Part shown: positions 1 through 12,225 of the stretch, piece by piece
Position numbering within the stretch: the first letter of the stretch is position 1
How the letters are laid out: the number at the start of each line of letters is the position of its first letter
NCBI RefSeq assembly: GCF_006345805.1
Contig: NC_043003.1
Span: forward strand, 64,914,001 to 64,978,000
Reading direction: 5' to 3'
From: Octopus sinensis
Taxonomy: Eukaryota
Length of the DNA: 64,000 bases
Position numbers and translations under genes: made by a program
Notes under the pieces: generated by a model
The model's input: only the letters and a program-made list of their open reading frames with translations
What the model was told of the DNA's origin: nothing
The model's database searches: none

Positions 1-1113
1 CCATTAACACACAAATAGTGAGCGGTGTTCCGCAGGGCACTGTTCTGGGACCACTACTGTTCATAATGGCCCTCTCAGACATGCCCTCAGCCACGCAGAG
101 AGCCACGATCACAAGTTATGCAGATGATACAAAAGTTTCACAGGCAATACAGAACCCTGAGGACCTAAACACCTGCAATGGAGCTGGACGAAATATACAA
201 GTGGGCTGAAAAGAATAGCATGCGTTCAATGCTGGAAAGTTTCAAGCTTTATACTATCAGCATGCAAAACTGAATGCAATACCCAATAATACACTGGACC
301 CGAGGGATTGCAATCCCAGAGGCACATCAGTGCGTGACCTGGGTATTCACATGAGTGATGACGCGACCTTTCATGTACATGTTGCTAAACTGACAATGAA
401 TGTAGACGGCTGGCTGGATGGATTCTTAGAACCTTAGAACAAGAGAACAAAAAACCATAATGGTCCTCTGGAAGACACTTTCCTAACCACTTTGACTATT
501 GCTCTCAGCTATGGTCACCATCCAGTGTCAAGTTGATCACAGAACTTGAGGCGATCCAACGAAGCTACACAAAGAAGATAGCCTCTATGCAGAATGTAAG
601 CTACTGGGAAAGACTCAAGAGATTAAAATTATATTCTCTGGAGCGTAGGCGGGAAAGATATGCCATAATATACATCTGGAAGATCCTGGAGGGAAGTGTC
701 CTGAACTTTGGCATCGAGAGTTACGCAAATGCCAGAACTGGGCGCCACTGCGTGGTGCCTAGGACTCCAAACCTGCCATCAAGATGTAGGACAAGATTCT
801 GTGATAGCCTGGGCTTCCGAGGCCCACAGCTCTTCAATATCCTCCCGAAGAACCTGAGAGACCTGCATGGGGTGGATACAGATGTCTTTAAAATGAAGCT
901 GGATCTCTTCCTGCGGTGTCCCAGATGAACCAACTTCACGGCAGGAGGGGCAGATGAGGGCAGCTGCATCGAACTCTCTCATGCACCAAAATAGCAGTAA
1001 GCTAGAAAGCCTCCATGAAGTGAAACCAAGTAGCAACACAACCAAATGGCGTGCCCCAGCATGGCCACAGCTCATAGCTGAAACTAGAATCAATCATCAA
1101 TCAATCAATCAAT
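1..1113 (+). mobile_element. 3' part of a CR1/L2-group non-LTR retrotransposon (RT domain, C-terminal region, 3' UTR, (ATCA)n tail); frameshifted, runs off the left edge
   Basis: RT motifs SGVPQGTVLGPLLF and YADDTK (ORF 18-209). C-terminal LYSLERRRERY and FKMKLDLFL (ORF 533-928). Tail AATCAATCATCAATCAATCAATCAAT at 1088-1113. Confidence 0.92.
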
Positions 1114-1119
1114 ATATAT

Positions 1120-1199
<80 letters not shown>

Positions 1200-1537
1200 T
1201 TACAAACATCCTATATATATATATGTATATATGTTTGTGTATGTGCGTGCACAGACACGGTGAGAGATAGATAGACATAGGTTATAGTGCAAAGTGGGGA
1301 ACCTATTATACAGTATTCAGAAATTAATGGAAATACTAGTGGAGGGAAGAGCCAAGGGAGAAATCTTGTCCTGGGAAGGGTCAGGGAGATGTACGATAGC
1401 TGTGAAGGATAGAGAGTAAAGGTAATAAAGAGAGCTGTCACGTGTAGAAACAAAAAAATGTCATGTAAAGCAATGAAAGAGAAGAGGAGGGAAAGTAACA
1501 AAAGGAGTCGATACAGGATAGTAAAAACTATATATAA

Positions 1538-1582
<45 letters not shown>

Positions 1583-1587
<5 letters not shown>

Positions 1588-1783
1588 TAACAGCTTTTTC
1601 AACTCTCCCTGTTTTCCTTTTCTTCATCTGTTTTCTCTCCTCATTCATTCATGCAGAAGAGCGTAGGCTCGAAATGTCAGAAGCTGTCCCACTTTCCTGA
1701 GCGTCAAATTAATACACCTTCTTTGCTGTGCCTTCACCTGTTTCGGTTTTTTATATTTGGTTTTTGTACAATTTGTAGACCAT
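1583..1783 (+). mobile_element. Penelope-like element terminal-repeat fragment with degenerate hammerhead-like motif
   Basis: GAAGAGCGTAGGCTCGAAATGTC at about 1656-1678, then AGCGTCAAATTAATACAC...CACCTG. Homologous to the minus-strand copy at 31822-31975. Flanked by (TA)n. Confidence 0.55.
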
Positions 1784-2030
1784 ATATATATATATATATA
1801 TAGTACAAAATTAGAAAATGGAGAAACATACTTAAATCAATAAAACATCAACTATCAGATGATACCCAAACATTACTTTATTACACCATTACATATCAGT
1901 AAAGGCATTATACAAAATATACAGTAAATGTAATAGACAAAGAGATATAAGTATAAAATTTCAACATACATACATACATCATACATACATACATACATAC
2001 ATAACATACATACATACATACATACATATG

Positions 2031-2116
<86 letters not shown>

Positions 2117-2119
2117 GTT

Positions 2120-3148
2120 ATTACATTTTTAATCAACCCAATATGAACCATTCTGTTGCACGATGAGTCTCTATCTTTCCTTTAACTTGAAAATACCCTC
2201 TTCCTAGAATTGAGATGGTTTCAATGCAAAGAATTCAAGGTATCTTTTTACGTGATCCCAGGAATTGAAATGTTTACCATTAAGACTATTCTGCAGAGAC
2301 CTGAATAAGTAGAAATCCGAAGGAGCAATATCTGGTGAATATGGAGGGTGGGGTAACACATCCTAGCCGAGCTGCAGCAATTTGTGTCTGCTTCCCAAAG
2401 AAACGTGCGGCCTTGCATTATCATGTTGGAAAAGAACACCCTTCCTATTGGCCACTTTGGACGTTGAATTGCTGCTTTTAAGTCGACCAGTTGTGTGCAG
2501 TATTTTTCAGAATTAATTGTCTGATTATCTGGGAAAAGCTCATAGTACAGAATTCATTTCCAATCCCACCAGACACTAAACAAGACATTTTTAGGGTGAA
2601 GATCCGCCTTTTAAGTGGCTAAGGTTGGCTCATGTCACTTACTCCAGGATCGCTTTCTCTGGCCATTTCGGTAGATAATCCATTTCTCATCACCTGTCAC
2701 AATTTGCTTTTTCATTTCGTTTATAAAGCAAATCACAGATGGAAATGCGATCCCAAAGGTTCCTCTCATTCAACTCATCTGGTACCCAAATATCGTAGCG
2801 ATTTGTGTACCCAAGCTTTACCAGGTGCTCATGAACGATGGATTTTGATAGGTTGAGGCTTTCTGCCAATCCTCGGGTTGTGCAATGTGGATTATTCTCA
2901 ATTAAGGACTTGATTTGATCATCATCTGTAGTGGATGGTCTGCCTGGTCGCTCTTTATCAATAAGGCTACAACCTCCAGCTCGGAACTTTGTGAACCACT
3001 TCCGTACAGTTCTTTCGGATAAAGAAACATTTCCGTAAACTATGCATATTTCTTTGGTTGCTTGTGAGGCATTTTTCCCTTTACGAAAAAAGAAAAGTAT
3101 CAAGTGCCGAAATTGAACTTTCTTATCTTCCATTTTAGGGAAATATAA
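2120..3148 (-). mobile_element. mariner transposon relic (near full-length transposase, frameshifted; both TIRs lost to microsatellites)
   Basis: ORF 2690-3133 has the HTH region MEDKKVQFRHLILFFFRKGKNASQATKEIC and WVPDEL (WVPHEL motif). The shifted frame continues VTGDEKWIIY and YSPDIAPSDFYLFRSLQNSL. The left end matches the TIR-bearing fragment at 44252-44378. Confidence 0.95.
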
Positions 3149-3161
3149 ATGTGTGCGTATA

Positions 3162-3199
<38 letters not shown>

Positions 3200-3220
3200 T
3201 ATTATATATATATATATATA

Positions 3221-3263
<43 letters not shown>

Positions 3264-3289
3264 CGCACATATTTATATTCATACACATA

Positions 3290-3475
3290 CAGTAATCCCT
3301 CCTCTATCGCATACAGTAACCCTCCCCGCGATAGCTGAAAATCCGCGAAGTAGAAAGTGTACTGTGTATTTTATTATTATTCTTATATTCGTTTTATCAT
3401 CAATGTAAAACAACACTACGGAGGAGGAATCAACGTAAGCTTAAATAATAAACCGCGATAGGTGAACCGCGATAT
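3290..3475. mobile_element. Tigger/pogo-type MITE fragment
   Basis: Starts TA|CAGTAATCCCTC...TATCGC and contains the typical subterminal AAAACCGCGATAGGTGAACCGCGATA. Right TIR truncated. Confidence 0.6.
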
Positions 3476-3994
3476 GTACACACAAATATACATATATTTA
3501 CATATATACCAATACATACATACATATATACTTACATGCATACATACATACATACATACATACATACATACATACATACATACACACATACATACATGCA
3601 TACATACCAATACACATACCATACGTTTGTGCGCACGTGTATATGTATGCGTATATCTTAGTGAAACGTCCTTTCAACTCCTACGCAAACAAATGCACAT
3701 ACGTATTTTTACACGCGTAGAAAACCACAACTGTACGCGTACATAAATATTTATATTCGCTATATTCCACTATTTAAATATACTTTATATACATAAGCTT
3801 ATAATGTACACACACACAGAGCCCAAGTGTATGCGTTTATGTAAATAGCGTATGTGTACGCTTATCTTGCACAGATTGCTGTTAAGCGCGTACTCGGCCT
3901 TGCTTTCACTCGTATCGAGATTCAATTGCGCATGTGCGTCTTGAATATTTTGCTTTCCAGGTAGTTTGTTATTCCTGCACCTTCCCCCCACTTC

Positions 3995-4032
3995 ATCGTC
4001 ATAACTGTTACTACTACTACTTACTACTACTG

Positions 4033-4077
<45 letters not shown>

Positions 4078-4163
4078 TTACCACCAGTTTCATGTCCACC
4101 ACTACTGCTATTGTCACCACCCCGATTATAGCATCAAGTACAACCACCACTATAACAACAGCA

Positions 4164-4206
<43 letters not shown>

Positions 4207-4312
4207 TTACTACTACTATTACTACTACTACTACTACTACTACCGTATTTTCTTTGTCCTTGTCTTCACACTCCATTCATTCTTCCAATCTCTTCCTCTT
4301 ATTAAAGAAAAC

Positions 4313-4361
<49 letters not shown>

Positions 4362-4397
4362 TTCATCATCATCATCATCGTCGTCATCATCATCATC

Positions 4398-4464
<67 letters not shown>

Positions 4465-4485
4465 TATTATTATTATTATTATTAT
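3995..4485. repeat. compound trinucleotide microsatellite (ACT)n/(ATT)n/(ATC)n
   Basis: Direct reading. Source of the poly-L/T/I/V ORFs in the track. Confidence 0.97.
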
Positions 4486-5080
4486 CAGTCCATCGAAAAT
4501 AAAACGACAGAAAATAAAAATGGAAGCTCACAAACAAAATGTTACTCATTCAAATATTTGTTCTTCACTTTGCATTCATTTCCTTTTTTCTTTCTGGTTC
4601 CTCACTTATCTGTTTCTGCTCTTATCAAAAGCCTTGTTATTTATTTAGAAAATGGAAACGCGAAAAGTGTTAAAATTGTATTGAAGTGTCTTTGAAAACC
4701 TTCTTCAATGCATCCTTTGCCTTTAGGCGTATGCTTTCAGAAAAAAAAATACCAAAGACAAAACAAAACAAAACAAAAACAAAAACAATATAAATAAATA
4801 AATGAATAAAAACGTTATCCCTCATTCGTGATTGATCGATTGATTGTTTTATTGCTTGGTTAATTGATTACTTAATTGGCCATTGATTAATTTGATATTA
4901 ATCCAGGATAATCTTTTAAGTAATTTTTTTCTCTTCGAGCGCAAACATTTTAAATATTTGAGTACGTTCGTGCGCCCGTGGTTGACTGCATATGTGTGTG
5001 CGAGTGTGAGTACGTGCACGTTTGTGTGAAGAGGTGGATTGAAGTTGCGTTTTCGGACATATTACATAACTAATCTAGAG

Positions 5081-5717
5081 CAATGCTTCTCAACCAGGGT
5101 CCAGATGACACTTGGAGGTCTGCATAAGATTTTTCACTCTTTTATTCTTTTACTTGTTTCAGTCATTTGACTGTGGCCATGCTGGAGCACCGCCTTTAGT
5201 CGAGCAAATCGACCCCAGGACTTATTGTTTGTAAGCCTAGTACTTATTCCATTGGTCTCTTTTGCTGAACCGCTAAGTTACGGGGACGTAAACACACCAG
5301 CATCGGTTGGGGAGGCGGGAGCATACACAGACACACAAACATATACACACACATACATATATATATACATATATACGACGAGCTTCTTTCAGTTTCCGTC
5401 TACCAAATCCACTCATAAGGCTTTGGTCGGCCCGAGGCTATAGCAGAAGACACTTGCCCAAGGTGCCACGCAGTGGGACTGAACCTGGAACAATGTGGTT
5501 GGGAAGCAAGCTACTTACCATAACATTTTTGTGTAATAAATTGATTTTATATTTAAAATACACAAAAAAACCGTAACAATTCTTTTTTTAATACAAATTC
5601 TAATAATATTTAGTTATAAAAATAGAGTAGGATTTTTTTATGATATGGAGGTCCCGTAGAGGAAAAACAGGAGTCAAAAAGTTTCATTGGAAAAAAAAAA
5701 ACAGTTGAGAGCCACTG
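5081..5717. mobile_element. hAT/Charlie-type MITE interrupted by a SINE
   Basis: Termini CAATGCTTCTCAAC (5081) and GTTGAGAGCCACTG (ends 5717) match the CAGTGGTTCTCAAC-type TIR. The 8-bp flanks ATCTAGAG / GTTTACAA are a decayed NTCTAGAN-type TSD. Confidence 0.7.
5135..5519 (-). mobile_element. tRNA-derived SINE family B (internal microsatellite), nested in the MITE
   Basis: Homologous to copies at 36410-36810 and 39826-40184. Flanked by 11-bp TSD ATAAGATTTTT (5124-5134) / ATAACATTTTT (5520-5530). Confidence 0.9.
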
Positions 5718-6017
5718 GTTTACAATTTTTCTTAAATAAATAATTGAAATAAATATCTCATCAAAGTTCTACCCAGCTTCAGTTTAACTTCATTGTAGAC
5801 ATCATACTGTTCAGAAAACGAAGACCTCAACACCAGCTTCACACACACACACACATGTTTCTGATGCATTCAGGAATTACATCAAAGCATGCATTCAGTA
5901 AATTGGTACCGAAACAACTGTAGTAAGTTTTAAGCTCCATTTGTGTTCCATATCTTGAACCAATCCTGAGTCGAATTACGGTTTATATTGGATTTGGTCC
6001 ATACATACATACATACA

Positions 6018-6048
<31 letters not shown>

Positions 6049-6200
6049 GGAAAATCGATTATAGCAGCGACTCCATCTAAGAATATCTAAAGTAGGAATT
6101 TTATTCCGAAATATTATCAGACTAAATTACAACAGGTATATAGCCCATTGTTTGTATTATAGTGCATTGTTGTACCATTCAAATATTTTTACTCTTGATT

Positions 6201-6289
<89 letters not shown>

Positions 6290-6959
6290 CATATACTTGA
6301 TGTCCACTACCAGCAAATGACACCAAATGGTTGTTTTACCTTACTATGAATTCAATGTTATTGCACCTAGCTAATCCTGGTGTCCAACATGTTGATGTGC
6401 CTAGATTCTAATGAATCCCGTACTTAATCTCCGTCTGTCTGTTGCTGTCTGTTTCTGTCTATCTCTCTGTAATTTTTTTTATAACTAATTGCAGCAAAAG
6501 CTGATTAGGTATCTAACAGAATGCCTAATGTTAGATGGAAAATGGAAATACATAATTAGAACTTTAATAATTCCCAAACAATCATTATTTCAGGCACCAA
6601 CTAGTCTCCTATCTTACGATAGTCCGTAATTGTTATCATTTGTTTTTGCCATTTGTTTTCCTATTTATTTTTATTATGCAAAGAAATATTGTTCTTCGTT
6701 CAAATTTCCATACCACAAGTTATTTTTATTTTATAATTCATACAATTAATCTTGCGGTGGTTTGTTTTCTGTTAAGTATTAAATATTGATATTCTCATGG
6801 GCATCATAGTGACTCTAGGAATAATATTTAATTAATAATCAATTTTTATAGCACTATGAACAGGTTAAAGAAGAATTTTCCTGAAAATTAATGCCTGTCT
6901 ACCATAAGCAACTGCCCCAGAGGTTTTGAAACCTTCTTCCAATTATTATCTCATGTAAT

Positions 6960-7337
6960 TTTTTGCTTTCATCTTTTACTTGTTTCATTCATTGAACTGC
7001 AGCCATGGCGGGGACCTCTTGAAAGGCTCAGTCTAATAAATCGACCCCAGCTTTATTTTTAAATTTGGTACTTATTCTGTCAGTGTTTTTGTTTTTCTGC
7101 CGAAACACTAAATTACGGGGAACGTAAACAAACAAACACAGGTTGTCAAGTGTTAGAGGGGGACAAACACCATAGGTGACTTTTAGCTTCCGTCTACCAA
7201 ATTCACTCGCACGGCTTTGGTTAGCCTTCGACTTTGGTTAGAAGACACTTCGACAATGTCCTGTACAGTGAGACTGAACCTAAGACCGCGTAGTTGGGAA
7301 GCAAGCTTCTTACCCACACAGCCTCGCCTGTGCCTAG
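6960..7337 (-). mobile_element. SINE family B copy
   Basis: CTTTTACTTGTTTCATTCATTGAACTGCAGCCATG ... GGGAAGCAAGCTTCTTACCCACACAGCC, same family as 5135-5519. Confidence 0.85.
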
Positions 7338-8189
7338 TTAAAATGTAATATATAGAAGAGAGTGTTGTGCCCAAATATACATGAAATACCTGCTGTAGTT
7401 TCGAAAACGCGACTCTTAGACTGCAAGTTCAGACCTATAGCCAATTCGGCGATTTCGCTACTTGTAGATACGCTTGTATGATTTCTATGACTTTTTTCAC
7501 GTTCTCTATATAGTTCTTTGAAAATTCAGCCCTTTGATAAATCTTTGTAGTATCGGTAGGGGTGGTTTCATGTGACTACCAATTCTGTTTTGTCTATCCA
7601 CATACAAATATTTTGAAAAGACTACGTTGACATGAGATAGAGTCGTATTGTGACCTCTGAGGCTTACACGAGAGCTGATTACAGTTATTTCAGCTTTTCA
7701 TTTTCATCCTGACACCGGCCTTTGTGAAGTTCTCTAGATATCTTCGATGTCAGCTTTTGCATTTTGAGCTCAATTGTAAGCTCTGAGATTCTTGCTTGCT
7801 TATAATCACATTTTAAAATCTGATTGGGAATTAAACTAACAAAGTTTCTTCCGACAAGTTATTTAACAATTTAATGTTTGCATTTTCTTTCATCCTATTT
7901 TTATGCACAATGCCTCTCCTTTGGTTTTATCCTCTCTCTGTTCTTGTCTCATGTTATCCACAGCCTCTTTGAATACAGAAAACTGAATTTTCTCTCATTG
8001 TTACTCTGAAACTATTTCTGTCAGTCGTACAATGATAGTTTTAAACTAGTTTTGGAGTTGTGGTGATTCTTCCATCATTCGGTAGAAAAGTGATTGGTAT
8101 TGTTCTTGTGAAAAGAATAGCATTGCTCTTGTTGCAATGACATTAGCAGACACCGGAGAGTAGATATTGAGTTTTCAGAGTTTGTGAGT

Positions 8190-8420
8190 GGAGGCGTATG
8201 GTTTAATGGTTAGGGTGTTACACTCATAATCATAACATTGTGGTTTCGATTTCCAGAGCGGACGAAGCGTTATGTTCATGAGCAAAGCATTTCATTTCAC
8301 GTTATTCCAGTCCACTCAGTTGGCAAAAATTTCTAATCCTGAGACGGACCGGCGTCCTGTCCAAGAGACTGGGGAAGGAATATAAGCGTCAGGGAAACCG
8401 GTCTCGTGAAAGACCTTTGA
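8190..8420 (+). mobile_element. tRNA-derived SINE family C copy
   Basis: A-box-like TGGTTTAATGG, B-box-like GGTTTCGATTTCC, then TTTCATTTCACGTTATTCCAGTCCACTCAG. Shared with 31650-31790, 38708-39056, 40880-41205 and 47540-47770. Confidence 0.75.
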
Positions 8421-8594
8421 TCTTTTTGTCTGAAATCGAAAATAACCCCAAGGATCCATACACACCGTTTCTAATCTTCACGTTTGTTGACGTTCTTCAA
8501 CAACAAACCTAGGGTTTCTTTGAACCTGCGATCATAAAATTAACTACTACTATTACTACTGATAGTACAAATAATGATATTGGTTGCAAACTTT

Positions 8595-9029
8595 GGTACA
8601 AGAACAGCAATTCTGGGGAAGGGTCCAGGTCGATGAAATCGTTCCTCCAGTGCTCCACTTGTACTTGTTTTATCGACCCCTTCCTCGAAAGCGATAAAAG
8701 GCAATGTCAGCCTCGGTGGAATTTGAACTCAGAAAGCAGAGACGGATAAAATGCTGCAAAATATCTGGCTCGACGTGTTAATGACTCTGTCAGCGCACCG
8801 CCTAATAATATTGATTTCAAATTTCGGCACAAGGTTTAGCAATTCGGGGGTAGGTACGAGATAAGTCAATTACATGGACACCACTGCTCGATTGGTACTT
8901 ATTTTAATCGACCCTGAAATGACTGAAAGGGCAAAGTTGACCTGGACGATATTTCAACTCAGAACATAAGGAAGAAATGGCGCTAAGCATTTTGTTCGGC
9001 GTGCTAACGATTCTGCCAGCTCGCCACCT

Positions 9030-9030
<1 letters not shown>
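8595..9030 (-). mobile_element. two adjacent SINE family A copies
   Basis: Reverse complement of AAGGCGGCGAGCTGGCAGAA...GAGTTCAAATTCCGCCGAGGTCGACTTTGCCTTTCATCC, present twice. Confidence 0.85.
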
Positions 9031-9080
<50 letters not shown>

Positions 9081-9219
9081 AGCTGCTGCTGCTGCTGCTT
9101 CTGCTGCAACTGCTACTGCTGCTATTACTACTACTGCTTCTGCTGCTACTACTACTACTACTACTACTACTACCGCTACTACAACTACTACTACTACTGC
9201 AGCTGTTGCTGCTCTGCTG

Positions 9220-9262
<43 letters not shown>

Positions 9263-9269
9263 AACCACC

Positions 9270-9318
<49 letters not shown>

Positions 9319-9327
9319 ATAATAATA

Positions 9328-9358
<31 letters not shown>

Positions 9359-9380
9359 TAGTAATAATAATAGTAATATA
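9030..9380. repeat. (ACT)n/(GCT)n/(AAT)n microsatellite
   Basis: Direct reading. Confidence 0.95.
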
Positions 9381-9894
9381 TTATTGGCAACGATTCATTT
9401 TATTGTATTGGTGTCTATGCACAACAGGACACGTAAGAACTTTGTCCGATATTCAGTGTCAGAAACAATCGTTTCTAACACAGGCGAAAAGCCTGAAGTT
9501 TTGTGGGGCGGAATTTGTCGATGTACTCCACCCCAGTGTTCAAGTGGTAGTTTCTTTTATATGGAAGGTAAAGATGACCTCCGCATGATTCGAATAGAGA
9601 GACATACCACAGAGCATATATTTCTGATACTTTAGCTATTTCGCTTGTTCACCGACTTTAAGAAATGATATGACTAGTGCTAATAATAATCTTATATTCA
9701 TAACTAAAAGCTCTAAAATCTTAAACTGATTTGCACATATAAATAAACTTGAAGCATTTACCGATGGATGATTATCTCCCTTGGATATTTTTCTTTTCTC
9801 TTTGAAGTAAAGACTTCAGAGAGGAATGACAAGCAATGAATTCACTGGCAACATAAAACAACAACAACCACAGCAACAACAACACAAAACAAAC

Positions 9895-9971
9895 AAAAAC
9901 AGGCGAGAAAATAATTGTGTACGTACATACGTGTGTATGTGTGTGTGTATGTATATATATATATATAATAT

Positions 9972-10013
<42 letters not shown>

Positions 10014-10151
10014 GGTCCCGGGTTGATTCGGGGTTAATTATATATATATATATAAACAAACGGGAAAATAATTGTGTACGTACATATGTGCATGTGTGTG
10101 TGTATGTATATATGTATATATATATAATATATATACATATATGTATATATA

Positions 10152-10207
<56 letters not shown>

Positions 10208-10287
10208 ATATATATATATATATAAACAAACGGGAAAATAATTGTGTATGTACATGTGTGCATGTATGTGTGTGTATATATGTATAT

Positions 10288-10333
<46 letters not shown>

Positions 10334-10340
10334 TATATAC
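9895..10340. repeat. three-copy compound tandem repeat (unique motif plus (TA)n spacer)
   Basis: GGGAAAATAATTGTGTACGTACATA-like motif at about 9902, 10061 and 10231, each followed by (TG)n/(TA)n. Confidence 0.85.
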
Positions 10341-10496
10341 ATACATACTCATATATGTGTTATTTGCAAGCAAAGTACATATCTTTTCAAGTTAATATGT
10401 GTGTATGTGTGTATATATGCATATATATATATGTATATGTATGTACAAATGCATTCATATATATATATATATATATATATGCACATATATATATAC

Positions 10497-10537
<41 letters not shown>

Positions 10538-11093
10538 AACAGCACACATGTATATTCCTACATATATGTACCTACAAGGTATGCCCACTAATATACACAT
10601 ATACATGTACATTAAATATAGAGGGCGCGCGCTGGTCGTGAGAGAAAGGGAGAGAACGTGAGAGTGTAATAGACTGTGAGTAGCTTGTGTTCTGTTCAGT
10701 ACAAGAAAACAAAAGAATATTTAACCAAGCAGTTGGCATCGTTGCTTGGATGGACTGATATAATCAGCGATCAGATCATTAAAATCGCAAGGGAGGGAAG
10801 GAGCGAAAAACACACAATTTAAAATCAGAGCTTTTATTCTATCATATTTGTTTCCCCCGATTTTTTTTTTTTTTTGATTACTTATTGATTATTAAACCCA
10901 CAGAGCAAATTGGAAGCACTTACTCTGCTTCTTGCTCTGAAATGAAAAGCAAAATGAAAATGAAAAATAAAATATTAAAAAAACAAAACAAAAACCAACA
11001 ATAAACAAACAGTAACAATTATGAAAAAAAAAAAAATAGCAACAGCAGACATTTAAATTCTACTTAGCCCAGATTTGTCCATTTGATTAGAAA

Positions 11094-11148
<55 letters not shown>

Positions 11149-11697
11149 GCCCTGATGCAGTACCAGGCAGTGGCTCTCATGGCTTCTGATCTTAACTGAT
11201 TGGAAGTGTTATCATGTACATTGTTTTGTCTTGGTATAAAAGATGGGCTACAGCAATATTTCTGCTCAATAACCACAGATTGCTTGTCAGTTGTTTGACC
11301 TTAACCAGTTGAGCATGTCCTTAGTGGCTGACGATATGCATCTCTGATCACGAGCAGAAGTAGTGGGGGAGCATCATAGCAATGTGTTGAGAGGGATTCT
11401 TTGGGTTTGAATAGTTCACCTCTGGAAACATGGTTGGTTCTTTCAACATCCTTAAACAACCCTATTCAGGGACCGTTTGAGCGGGATGGGATACTCAACC
11501 TGAAGAAAATTCTAACTGGGCCCCACTTGCAAGGTCATGTGCTGTTTATCTTGATATGAGATCACCATGTCGCGCACATATGGTTGTGATGCATGTGCCT
11601 GGTGTACCTTTATATCAGACGGGTAGTCATGATGGGTATATGGGCTTCGTATATTTTACCCCATGTCACTTTGATGGCATGAACTGCTCTCTCACTC
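11149..11697 (+). mobile_element. non-coding ~550-bp retroposon inserted in a (TAA)n array
   Basis: Bounded by (AAT)n at 11092-11148 and 11698-11724. A second, left-truncated copy at 59954-60286 also ends CACTC|AATAATAAT, consistent with a + strand element and 5' truncation. Confidence 0.8.
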
Positions 11698-11724
11698 AAT
11701 AATAATAATAATAATAATAATAAT

Positions 11725-11965
11725 CCTTTCTACTATAGGCACAAGGCCTGAAATTTATGGGTAGGGGCTAGACGTTTATGTTGACCCCAGTGTTTTCATT
11801 GGTACTTAATTTATCGACCCCAGTGTTTTCACTGGTACTTAATTTATCGACCCCGAAAGGATAAAAAGCAAAGTCGATCTGGCAGAATTTGAACTCAGAA
11901 CGTAAAGACGGATAAAATGTTGCTTATTTTCAGGTGTGCTAACGTTTCTGCCAGCTTGCCGTCTT
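11725..11965 (-). mobile_element. SINE family A copy with an internal ~35-bp duplication
   Basis: GACCCCAGTGTTTTCA(T/C)TGGTACTTAATTTATC occurs twice, followed by GAAAGGATAAAAAGCAAAGTCGA...GAATTTGAACTCAGAAC. Confidence 0.85.
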
Positions 11966-12225
11966 AATAATATTTTTTTTGTTTTCGTCGCCACAGTGGT
12001 ATAGATGAGGGTGACATTACAATGACAGCCTACAATCTGTGTAAAGGTTTAAATAAAAGATAAGAGGAGAGAAAGAGAAAGGAAATGAGAGGCTGCAACA
12101 TGCCCACAGTTTGTTTTTCTCATTTACCATTTAGAATACTAATGTAAATTAATTACTTATATTTTTTATTATTTTTTGTGTTATTTATTTAATTTAATCC
12201 TTTCTTTCTTTCTTTCTATTTACAG

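Noticed and set aside
9895-10340. CRISPR-like repeat-spacer appearance (also 39260-39500)
   Set aside because: Spacers are microsatellites or degenerate copies, repeats vary, the context is eukaryotic, and there are no cas genes.
11149-11420. HDV-like ribozyme at the 5' end of the TAA-associated element
   Set aside because: I could not build a convincing P1/P2/P3/L3 nested pseudoknot by eye on either strand; it needs a descriptor search.
12176-12225. N-terminal part of the 221-aa ORF ([17 protein letters not shown])
   Set aside because: It is the polypyrimidine tract and acceptor of the intron; homology to HS3ST starts at 12226.
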